Part shown: piece after piece, positions 1 through 12,900 of the stretch
How the letters are laid out: each line of letters starts with the position of its first letter
Numbering within the stretch: position 1 is the stretch's first letter
Source of the DNA: Stramenopiles sp. TOSAG23-2
Taxonomy: Eukaryota
Assembly (NCBI GenBank): GCA_900128395.1
Contig: LT649254.1
Span: 1 to 58,456, forward strand
Length of the DNA: 58,456 nucleotides
Reading direction: 5' to 3'
Program-made: the position numbers and the translations under genes
The notes under the pieces: model-generated
Seen by the model: the letters and a program-made list of their open reading frames with translations, nothing else
Told to the model about the DNA's origin: nothing
The model's database searches: none

Positions 1-945
1 GTAAATTAATAATTTATTTAAGTATAAATTTTAATGTATAAATTTGATGCCAGAAATTCTGCTATCCCTAATTTCTGAAAACGTGAAATGTCAAAATTAT
101 TTTGCCAATTGATAGGAAAAATAGTATACTAGTGGAGCCTAAGTTTAAAAAGGTATTTTCAATGTTTTTCCTTTGTTTTCATGTAATGAAATGAAAAATC
201 CAACATCATAACAACGAAATATAAGAATTTAGGTTGAAAATGATGATTTTAATGAAATTTGATGGAAAATATGCGCGATGTAATGGTATTGTAGTGTTAT
301 TATTAAATTTAACTACAAAGTTCCCAAAAAAGAATGGAGTCTTTTGGACTTTTGGAACACTGTTGAAGTGTGTACATATTAATACTTACAAACACATTAA
401 ATACACATAGACTAATGCATGATCGCACAATTCAAGAAATTGTGTCACAAGAACATAACAGTATCACCGTCAATATAAACAAAGCGTAGAAGAATAATGG
501 ATCAAAAAAATAATAATAATACGACGGAGATAAAGTTTGCGTTATGTACATGCATATGTTGAACAGTTTAATATAGATGTCAATTTAAAAGGAAAAACAA
601 GTAAAGGCGAAATAAAAAGTGGTATATATATAGCACAAGAAAAGGATAAAAAGGATATCGTGAAATATTTATTAAGTAAAGGAGCGACAGAAGATTGAAA
701 GAAGTAGATTTGGTTAAGTGAAAAGAATTTGCAGAGTGTCTCATTTTATCAAGCAGTAAAAAAAAGGCAAAAAAAAAGGATATTTTCATTTCAGTAAAAT
801 ATATTTATTATATATACATGAAAACACATATACATGTGCATATATTTTTTAAAAAAATGAAATATTTAATCAACTCTAGGTTTTACCAGTCTTTTTTCAG
901 GGAAATATTTTTTTTTCACTTGTGTTAAAATATGATAATAAATGA

Positions 946-3900
946 CTAGTCATCCAACATACAAAGCATTGCACAACCACGTCTAATCCAATGATCCGCT
1001 GGCTTGTTTGATGGAATATGCAATGCAACGACGAAATTAGTTGAATGCCCTGTTGTAGATAATGTACCTGCACGCAAAGATGTTTTATATAATGGACACC
1101 GAAATAACCCTTCTACATCTTTCTCCTCGTTCAATACTGGCTTTAACCAAATGACAGGAAATCGATCAAATAAGTCACCTGGTGCCGCTTCTATGACACT
1201 ATCAATTTCAACATCATATTTCGCACCTTGCATAAACAAACCGTGAATGTACGATCCATACTCAGGCTCTTCTTTTACATCTTCTTCATAAAATTTACAT
1301 ACTTCTGTAGTGAAACCTAATAAGTCAATTGCAACACTTCTATCACGAGCATACATTTGCAAAACACTTGTAAGAAATCCTTGTGGAAAGAATAAGCCTG
1401 ACAACCAATAGGATAATTTAGGCCCATCATATACCCATGATTGTAAATTCTTAATTCGAAGGAAGAAATCTTCTGTCCAGCTTCGAAGTGGCTTTAAACA
1501 TGGATATCCCGCATCTTCCCACATTTTAGGCACGCGTTGATAGATAAATGATACATATACACTTTCTAGTGATGGAGACATGATTATAAACCCTTGTAAT
1601 GCCCGCTGCACATCATACAAACTCCTACGTATTACTTTAATCAAATTTTCAAATTGTTCACATTCTTGTTTACAAAATACACCTAATGAATTGATTCCAC
1701 CCGTTTTACTGACAGCAAAAGTATCTGGATGAGATTTTTTGAAATTGAAAACAACATCTGGTAAACGTTCCATCATTGACTTTGTAGCAAGCATTACCTC
1801 TTTTTCATTATTACCGGAATCATCATCTCCTCCACCACCACCACCACCACCATTTGACATGGTAATGACAGTATCTAGTAACATTCTCGTCTGTTTTTGG
1901 CGGAAGGTGATGCTAGCATTTTCATGCATGCCAAATACTCCAGGCGCCTCTAAATCTGGTAAACCAGAAATCATTTCACGAACATCCTTCAATGTTGCAT
2001 CGCCAGATGGCATTAAATAGTCATCTGACCCACACATTTGATATCCATCAGTCAACGCTTCTGGTCTGAAAAACTTGCTCAACAAGCATTTGTTGGTCAC
2101 TTTATCTTGCTTATCCGTGATTCTACCACCATATGTAACATCACCAACCATTACATTCAACGTATCAAATGGCGTTTCTTCTTGCCCCTCTAAATACAGT
2201 CTTAATTGCATAATAGCAGTTTTTAAATCTGAATTCATCCACCCATACGGAATATTCCAACCAATTGCACCAAATTTTCGGCGTTCTAAAATCATTGCAT
2301 TGTAAAATGCAAGTCCATATAACAATTTCCTCCAAGGAACTGTCTTCGTACAGTTTCCATATTCAGCATCGGTCATATCTTGGAATGTTCTAGTTAAATT
2401 TGCTTTTATTCCTTGCGGTGGTTCATTTGTTATCTTAATACCATTCTGCAAGATAGATACTGGAAATTTATTTGTCGGCATACTGGTAAGCCATAAGCGA
2501 TATTCATCCGCTACATCTTCATCAACACTTGCCTCCAATAATTTTTCTAATTTCCCAAGCCATGATACAGCTAAATGGCAATTTTGAAGACATACCCATT
2601 CTCCAGATAAACTTGCCTCTTTCATATGACCCTCAGCTACCGGTCCTTGACCTTGACCTAAAGAAACTATTCTCATGGTTGATTTTTTTTCAACTGTCTC
2701 TGCCAGACTTAATAAATAATCCATTGGATCAGCACCACTTGAAAGAACAAAAATCATAGGAATCCTGCAAGTTGAATCTGCATAACTGCCGGATAAATCA
2801 AATCCTGGTGGTGACTTAAATTCTTCACCTAAAGATGCCCCGATAAATTTCTTTGCAGCCGACGTTAAATGCTCTGGCTTCAATGTTCGCAATAACAATA
2901 ATTTTTCAAAATTATTTAATTTATCATTCCATGGCGCAGGAGGATCTATTGAACCAATAATTGGACTTGTAATATAATCCGTCCACATTTGCCCTCTTCC
3001 ATCTACATCCGCTAATAATCCTTCAAATGATGACTCAAATTGTGTCTCAAGTGAATGTACACTAGCACGTGCTTTATGTGGATGGGTAAAAAGATGAAAT
3101 GGCGAATCAACGTGTATTTCTTCGCTTAATTCTACGTCAGGAGCTCCAATTAAAAACGTTTTCCACTCTGCATGGCTAATATCACCTTTATGTTTTAAAA
3201 TATCTACAGCAATTTGAAAAGCAAATAACAATTTATGTCTTCCAAACAAACCACGACAAATATTTATAAACACGGACTTTGTGATGTCATCAATCAAAAT
3301 ATTCAATCGTTTTTTTAAATCATCGGATTTTTCACTCTTTTCCAAACGCATTTGATACAAACTTTGATAATATTGTAATGAATATTGGTACATCGGATCA
3401 ATATTTGCCAATGCTGCAATGACAAAGTATAAAACGGATGCCCTAGTTGCAATAACACGATAGCCTTCACGAGCTTCAAAAATTTCTTTTGTTGTTGCTT
3501 CCGCTTCTATCATACGCTCTTGGATTGTATCAGATGTTACCTTACTTGCATCTAAACTATTAATCAAGTCTTCATCGTCAAGAATATTTCCAGACGCATT
3601 TGCAAGCATGTATAATATAGTATCCTCAATTTCCTTCAATTCACTCTTATCAGATGCAATAGAGAGAACTAATTGATCCTTCTTTCGCTCCAGATCCGGT
3701 CGCTCATGTACAATTACATCTACCAGCAACTGATCTTCTAAGCCTTTCAATGTTACAGTGAAGTTAACAATTGTTACTTTAATGCAAAGTTCTGGGAGAT
3801 AATGTGGATTAGGAAGTTTTGTCGTGATGAAAAATTTAAAATCTTCCGAATATGGAATCTCTGAATCACCAAGACTTAGTACCATTTGCCCACCTCGTTT

Positions 3901-6900
3901 AATAATTTGTTTTAATAAAATTGGTTCTAATGCAGGATCTAAACGCTCTTCGACATTTTCTAGCAAAACTGGGGCACCATAACGAATGGCATTTTCCAAA
4001 GTTCGCAAATAATTGCTATCATTTAACTTAATGATTTGTAAATTCTGCTCCTTATACAAATTTTTAATCCATCTATTTGCTTGTGCTTGGGGATCAATCA
4101 TCAAAGGCCACCTTCTTCCACGCGTTGCAAATATACCATTTTCTATGGAAAAATCATCAGCTGGAAGGCTCATCATAGTCCATTCGCGTACTTCTACTGG
4201 ATCAGCTAAAATTCGCTGTAGATTGAAGTTATCATCGACTGGTACATTTAGTTTTCTTGTGGTTTCAACCCATTCATCTATCAGAGCATTGCGAAATGGT
4301 GCAGTAAACGGACCTAAATACGCCACGGCGCCAGCGGCAACACCAATATTGCCAACTAAATTTGTTATGTCACTATTAAGAACTACAACAGTTTCCAGCC
4401 AACGAACTTTTTCACCAGCTAAACCGCTCATTAATTGCTGTGCACGTTCCATCTGAATCAATGTCAACCGCGTTTTTTCTTCAAGCTCTTGCTTCTTATT
4501 CTCACTCTCTTGAAACATAGCTTGTAGATCTGCCACGCGTTGTTCTACCTTCGCTAACGCATTTTGTTTTTCTTGCAATTGGACATTGACAGCTTCCAGT
4601 TGCGCTTCTGCTTTTGCTAATTTCTTCCGTTTTGGAGCAATGGTTTTTGCTACACGATCGTATGTATGCATAGCTCGTACCCACATACATAAGGATTTTG
4701 CCGCAGCTGACACTTTTTCCACCTTTTCTGGAGTAAAGTTTTTATTTTTCATGAATGGTTTTAGCTTACGTATCTTAGATTTTGGGATATGGTCCTTATC
4801 ATAATTCTTTAATTTATCTAGAAACTTCATGTCATTCATCAGATTTTTCGCTTCTTTCCAATTTGGTTTCACTCCAAACATAATACAAACTGCATTTAAT
4901 GTAAATTCCACCATTTCCGGTGGATTAGCAAATGATTTAATTTCTTGAATACTCTTCTTATCAAGCGCATCTAAAGATTCAACTGCTGAATAATAGGCTG
5001 GCATTGCTTCTCCTAAATCTTTTTCACAATCTTCTTTAATAAGATTTACCTCTTTCGCAACTTCAATAGCCGCTGCTTTGTCTTTCTCTGCTTCTGCTTT
5101 TGCAATATCTGCTTGTGCTTGATCAAGGGTAACTTTTTTCATCAACTCTTCAGTATCAATTTGCGCTTGCTTTAACACCGGTTGCATTTCTATTAATTCA
5201 ACCTTCAGCCCTTCGACTAATACTTCTGTCTCTCGTAACTTTTTTAATCCATTTTCATATCTGGCTAAATTATCTGTAGCTATTACTCGTTGCTCCTGCA
5301 ACATCGTTTGAAACAATTGTAATAACTCCAAATAACTAGTTGGAGTAGTATAATTATGGCGTCTTACTTCTTTAAAATATTGTGCTGTCGAGACTTCAAC
5401 GGATCGGTGAATTTTAACTGCAACATCACATATATTTTGTACATGTTCTTCTATTTGAAGTTCTTTGCCTCTTTCACCTCCCAAGTATTGAAGAGCAACA
5501 GAAAATAAGGCATCCTCAGGCCATGGATCAAACCAATCAATGGTACAACAATTGACCAAGGAAGGAAACATCCTACATCTATTTCTAAAAGAATCACCTA
5601 TAGGACTAAATGCAAGAACAACTCTTAAATTTTGCCTAACCAAGGACACATAATATGCGTAGACATCATCTCGTCTCTCTGATTTACCAGCTTTAACTGC
5701 TAATGGCCTCGTTGCATTAATAATCTTCTCAATCTCTTCCGGTAAATATATGTTAGGTATATCACCAGCATTTAAAAGATTATTAATATCTTCTAAGAAG
5801 GCTTCCATAACAATTTGAGTATCGGAGAACAAAAATACAACAGGTTTATTTTGACAACCTGCTTCCAATAGCACAACTTTTAAGTCGTCAAACCATACGG
5901 TTCTATCATATGTTTTTGTTATTTCAATTGAACTGCATCTGTAACCAGCCATGAAAGACGCCAAACGCGTTAATGATTTTCTACCACTACCACCTACACC
6001 AACAAGCAACGCGTTACCCCTTGGTTGTCTTAAAATTCGTGCTAAGCGTGATATGTGAGAGATGGCATCATCGAAAAATACTAAATTCATCTTAGGCGAG
6101 TAAGATATATTGTACTCTTCAAGCTGTTCATTTAATGCAGCTTTAAATGCAGCTTTATTATTCACTTCACCATATTTGATTCTATCTGGGTCTAGATAAT
6201 CCCCAAACAACAAGTTATCAAAAGCAGAAATTTCAACCTCAACTTCAAAATATTGTAACAGTAATTTTTTACAAAGCTTATTGACCCAGGTGCGGTCTTC
6301 AATATTTATCAAACGATCACGGAAAACTCTCGCTAGCTCATGCAGCCAAAGATTGATGATTTGCTCCTCTGTATTAACGGATTCAGATGTAACCATTAAA
6401 ATACCTTGAAAAACTTGTGAAAGATCTCTTAAATTGTATGTATAATGCGATTTGGATGGTGTGGGTAACAGATTTTGCTGTATACCTAAATAAAGTTCTA
6501 TGGAACCGTCAACCAGTTTTCCAACATTACCGGCTAGTTCAGGAATTTCACTCTTTAAAAACCCACCTAAGATAGATGCAAATATATGTTTCATGGATTT
6601 CGCAGATAATTCAGTAAGCCATATTGTGTGAAAATGACGTGTTAAACGCTCTGTAACATCACTGCGACCGCCACCAGGTGGTGCACATGCTGCAATGACA
6701 TTTGTTCTTTCTATGTTCTTAAATAAACCGACTTTTTCAACATCATAATAGCCTTTATCATCAATTACCTGACGCAACAATTCATTGGGAGGCTGTGCAC
6801 CATACTCTTCTAATACAGGCATATTGAGATCATCAACAAAGATAACCATATTTTTACCAGCAGGAGGTCCTAATAAATTCTTTCTTTTTTTCTCTAATCT

Positions 6901-9900
6901 TGTTTCAAAGATTTCTCTTAAATTAGCAGGCGTGGTTTGCGCACTATAGTTGATTGTACATGAAGCAAGACTGTCTGCTCCAACTTTTACATCAAGAAAG
7001 TTCTGTGTAATAATGGATTTTCCAATACCAGTTTCTCCTAAAAATAGAGTATTGAACCCACTCAACGTTGTTGCTTCTAATAAATATGTATATTTAGTTG
7101 TGTCTTCCGTTGGAACAACTAAATCAAAATATGGTAGATTATTATCATATGCAAATGGTGGCATTACAGATTCCCAAGAAACTAGTTTTGCCTCCTCGTT
7201 ATTGACAACAATATCAAAGACACTTCTGCCAGACGCTGCTGATCCAAGCAATTGTGATAGATGACTCTTTAAAAACTCATCTACTTGTGCCCTTGCATCA
7301 TCATGGGTGTTGCCAGCCAATGCCCATATACAAGCAAAGCAAAAATTAATGTTAATAGCTTCGTAAACATTACTATGAGAATCACTAATTCCGCGGTCTT
7401 CACGCATAAGTGACGTCATCATGTTTAAGAATGTGGCCATTCGATGGCCTTCTGTAAGTTTAACTTTTTCACCTCCCGTCTCGTCAAGAAATATTATGAT
7501 TGGTGCGACGTATTTTTTAATTAGACGTAAACAATACTCAGCATTGTTCGGAATTCTAACGTTACAAATTTGTTCCATCCATGCAGCAATAAGTGCTTCA
7601 CTACCGATATGCACTTGTTCCATAAATACCATACCGCATCTACTTACAGTGGCAGGAGAAGCCTGAGATAGATCTTGGACTTCAAACATCATGTGCAAAC
7701 CGTCTGGCATTTTTATACGTTCACTATTTGCTAGACACAACGTTTTGTTATCATCCAATACAGTATTCATATTTTCAATCCAAACGGCATCAACTGGTCC
7801 ATCAAATAGAATCCAATGTCTGTTGCCACTCTTATCAGCTTTGGCACGACGTACTAAATTAGGTACTAAGCCATCAAACCATTCTCCGGTCATTAAATTG
7901 AATTCCCCGTACAGTTGACCCGCGGTAATAGCTTTTGGATTAAGCCTATCCGTTGTCACTTTTCTGAAAAAATCATCTTTGTCCACTACCCCTTCTTCTT
8001 GTAATTGTCCTAATGCATTGCTTAATACTAAAACATTTACAGATTTACCACTACCGGCTTCCCCAACAACCATCATTCCGTGCCTCACTAACTGTGTTTC
8101 ATGAACTTGAATAACTTTTTCTACGAAGGATTTGACTGGTTGCAATTTCAACTGACAAATTTGATTTTCAATAGCTTCTTGTAATTTTCCATAATCAACA
8201 TATGGTACTTCAACGCCTGGGAACAGATCTTTTAAAATTCCACGGAAAAGTGGCAAATCTTGTTCCAAGAATTTAGGTACATTACTGTCTCTCATGGCAC
8301 GAATTAGCAGAAGATCCTCATTTGTTTCTGGTTCTTTTCGTTTCAACTGCCCTGCAGCAACTAAAACGGATTTAACGGCTCTCATACCAAAGTCGTAATG
8401 ATCTTGTTTTGACAACTGTTCACTGCTTAATTGATAAAGTTGACTCATTTTATTTGATAACGGCAATGCATTTGCAAAGCCTTGGGAAAATAATACAATT
8501 TCTGCAATCATACGGTAATCAGGAACCATCATCGCAACAGGCCTAAACAATGCTTTTAAATTGTCTGGTAGCTCTGTACGACCTGCATATCCTGGATTCA
8601 TTGTAATGAAAACTCCAAAGTTCGAATTTAGTCTAATCTCACCACCTTCAAACATGAAACGTTCTGCATCAATCGCAATGGCTTGTTGAATAGTTTGTAT
8701 CTGTTGCGCAATTACTGACAGAACCTCTACATCGATCCTATTAAACTCATCGAAACACGCCCATGCACCAGCTTGCGCAAGACCAGAGAAAAAGCGCCCC
8801 ATAATCTTATAATCTAAACCATCTGAACAATTGAAAACAACGACTTGCCTTGCAAGTGCTTTTCCTAAATCTTTCGTCGTCTCAGTTTTACCAGTTCCAG
8901 CTGGACCAGCTGGAGCACCGCCAAAACGTAGATGTAATGCTCCAGTCAATGTCATGTAACAAAGATCTGTCAACGGAGTAACGACTAGACGCATACTATT
9001 TCCAAGATACTCATACGCATACAAAAACTTCGCATTGGTTTGATTTAAAATGCAATCTTGAATTTCGGTATCCCAATAATATCTTAATTGTCTAGTCCAC
9101 TCAAAGTTGTTGATACTATCTAATTTTTTTCGTATTAATAATCTAACTACATCTCTACCATGTACATCAAGAGTAATGACTGCACTTAAAGTCTTTCTTT
9201 GTAATTTAATAAGATCACCGCGAACTAGGTCAACCATCGCGTCTATTTGTGCTACAATAAATTCTAAACAATCTGTTAGTGCTTTTGGATTAGTGCTTAA
9301 ACCTTTTGTCGCAGTTTCTACAACTTTAGTCCAAAAGATTTGATCGATCATAATAACAGATTGTGCTGGATAACCAAATAACCACTCTTCACGTTTAATG
9401 GCATTCTCCTGTGGATAATTACTAAATCCTTTACGTGCTTGATCTCTCAAAGTGTTTTTCATTGCATTTTCCACGGCTAGCAACCATGTTTCAACAGCAC
9501 CTTCTGCGTATTGCGGCTCGATGAACTTAACAGTTTCACCTTCTGGACTATTCATTGCAAACATAGTTGAAGCATCTCTACCTTTTCCAAATGTTAAACT
9601 TTTCATAGCATCGAAACATTTGCTTAAATGCGGTTGAACAGCTTGAGGATCTCTTGTTTGAGATAATATTTCCAATAGTTCATCATTGGAAAGGAAATAA
9701 AATCTAGGAAATGCAGCACGCTTCGTCTCTAAGTAATCTTCTAAGCTCTTTTGGATAGAATCTAATATAGCATTGCATTTAATAAATGTTTGTAAATATT
9801 CTTTTGGGTCCTCGTTTTCCAAGATAGCCATTATTTTAGGATTATTGTGGGTATCCGTCAAAATCTTTTTCCATGTTTTATCCACTTCTAAAAATAATTT

Positions 9901-12900
9901 TGATTCATCTGGCAATTGTTCTTGTATATCCTCCGCTGAAAATATAGTTTCCAAATACATCCACGTTTTTTGACATTGAAGCCATTCATCGAATGTATCT
10001 GAAATGATAGATAAATATTGTGTCCACCTTTCCACTTGCATTTTAACCCCCATGACAAATTTTGAGCCCATCATTGTTTGTAAGGATACTTGATTGTCTT
10101 CCATTAACACGAATATGTCGTCTAGTGGACCTAAAATATAAACTTTTTCTCTATACGGTATAATTGGGAATTCAATATTAGTCCATCCCTCTGCAATTGA
10201 ATTAACGGATGCTTCAATTTGAGCTTCTCCCGATGCTATTCCAGAAATCTCAGCAACCTTTTCTTCAAATGTATATATTTTTAATTCAACTAATTGGGAC
10301 AATGTAAATGTTTGGCCAGACATATATCGCTTTCCAAGAACTTTGAAAACTGACTCCCAATGCCGGTCTTTCATGACAGGATTTCCAAGACTCATTATAG
10401 TAGGCAGACGCTCATTAAATCCTTCAATTCGCTCCTTTAACAGTTCGGTAACGGCATTTCTAATTTGTTTATGATACAAAGATGCGTTTCTATACAGCTC
10501 CTCAACTTCATCCTTTAAATCAGCAACTATAATAGATCTAAAATATTGATTATGCCATTCTGTTTGTTTATCAGCCCATGATTTTAAAGCATCCCAAACG
10601 CTATATCGTATGTCAAACATCGCTCTAGTTTCTTTAAGTAATTTATATGCATATGGTGGTTTTCCAAACGCTTCTTGATATTTAGTGTATTCTCGGGACG
10701 ATTTTTCTAATGTATTTAATCGTTGTTGGACTTGATTTAAAAGTGCTAAAACCTCCTCAGGTTCTAACGTCGCATCTTCGTATGCACCAACTACAACCTC
10801 TCCTTGTATAACTTCAGCTTCATTGTTTAAATTTGCAATCTTCATATCTAAGGAATTCATCATCTCTGGCATAGTTTCATATACAAGCTTGTTTGCCATA
10901 ATATTTAACTCTTCGTATTTGACCAATGCTGATCTCATTTCATCAAGCTGAACTGCATCATCTGCTGGCACACGGACACGTTGTATATGCAACATTCGGT
11001 ACAAATCTTCCGTCAATTGATTTTCAGCTAATATTTCCATTTTAGTAGCAGTAATACTTTTGAAGTTTGCAACGTACCCAGCAAATAAATTCAAACCTTC
11101 AGGTGTATCTTCTAGGCCTTTATTACGTGATTTGAGATCAGTCAATATGGCATCGCATTTATGCCTAGCTAAATCCAATAAAGATTTTTTCAAAAAGTTT
11201 AGGAAATTTTCTGTTATTGGCAATAGTGTATTTTTCAGTTTTCTACTTTCGACATATATTGACCCAACTGCACCACCCGCTCGCATTCGATTGATATCTC
11301 TATTCCATCCATTACATATATTAATTGACTTTCGTGTTTGCAAAATCTTGTGTTTCACATCTAGCCCTTCCCACATTGCGCCATATTCAGACATATTAAA
11401 TTCAAAAATTTCTCTCATGTAATCAAATTGTTTTGAATACTCGACACTATCTTCGAAATCTGCAAGCAGTTTCTTATTTATTGATTTACATATGGACAAA
11501 TATTTTTTATCTCTTCGTATAAGTTTTCCAGGTGCCTGACCAACGAAAGATCGTGGAAGGTATGATCGGAGCTGCCTGGCAAACAATATACGAGGTACAT
11601 GCTCCATTATATTGATAAGACTTTCTGCTTTTCCATATAAAATATTTATAATATCATCTGCATTAGGTCCAAATGTCGTACCACCATCCCGTTTAAACGA
11701 GACAACGGATTCAAACATTCCAGTTTTTCTTTCTAACAATAGCTGATTCAACAATGTTTGTTGCGTTGTTATGCCTACTTCTACACAGCTTTCAGAGATC
11801 ATATAATCAACGAGGCGTACAAAATCACCCAACATCGATGCTTCTGATTTACTTAGAAGATACAAGCGTTTCCGCTCTGCCCTTTCATTCTTCAAAACTA
11901 CCAAACTTTTATTTCTATTACGTTCTTTAGCATCAAAATCGTCCTCCCGATCTAACATTTGACGATAATGCATGGCTCGTTTGGTTATAATTTCACATTG
12001 TTTCTCCACAAGACGCTGTAATTCATCCATCATATTTTCAAATTGTATAGTAGCATCTTTATGGGCTTTATCTTGTTTTTCAGCGTAAGCAAGAATGTTA
12101 TATGCTTTTGGATTCAAACAATCTTGTACTTTGATACCATGGATTCCATTTAATTGTGTTTTGATCCTCATTAATGGGGAGCAAAAAGTTGCTTTCGCGG
12201 TAAACAAACTTTCTTCTATTTTTTTTCGTTTTGCACAATATAATTGATATCTTACACCGCTTATCCAACGTTTAAACATTTTATTTACTAAATAATACTT
12301 AAAACATTTTGTGCTAGTTAATACGTTAAAAATGGTTGCTTCACGCATCCAAGTAACTAGTGGTATTACTTCTGTGGGCAACCCACGCTGAACTATGGAT
12401 ATACTTTCCGAAGACATAATAAAATGCTCTTTTGTAGATGCTTCAGCACGGGGTACAACTACTAGATCGTACGGGCGAAATTTCTCTTTCTTATATTCTG
12501 CTCGATTTAAAAATACAAATTTAATCGGTGTACTGTTTTTTTGTTGTGCGAAAAATGCAATAGCATCTTCACTAGTTTTAAGTGTTTTATATAGCTCCTC
12601 CCCTGAAAACCAATCTTCACCTCCGAGATTGATCCTAGTTTTCGTCATAATACGCGATTGTCCTTGTCCACCGACTCTTCCTTTTGGACGTGCCGGAATG
12701 ACTCCTAATGATTCATTATTCACTTTACGAAGACTTCTACCAGGTCTTGATACTAATTGTCGTTGTGCTGGAAATTTATATTCATCGGTTTCAAAAGAGC
12801 CATACTTAAATATTGACGGCTTTTGCTCCCATGCAGGTACTTGATTTTTTGCTATAACATTAATTACTCGCATTTTACGTTCTTTCCTTTTCTGAAATGT

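Noticed and set aside
1..945. ORF 580..789 and possible element-like sequence downstream of dynein
   Set aside because: A-rich low-complexity sequence; no recognisable domain or paired termini within the window.
1004..12844. Many short ORFs antisense or out of frame within dynein (and likewise within other long genes)
   Set aside because: Shadow ORFs of real coding sequence with no independent motifs.
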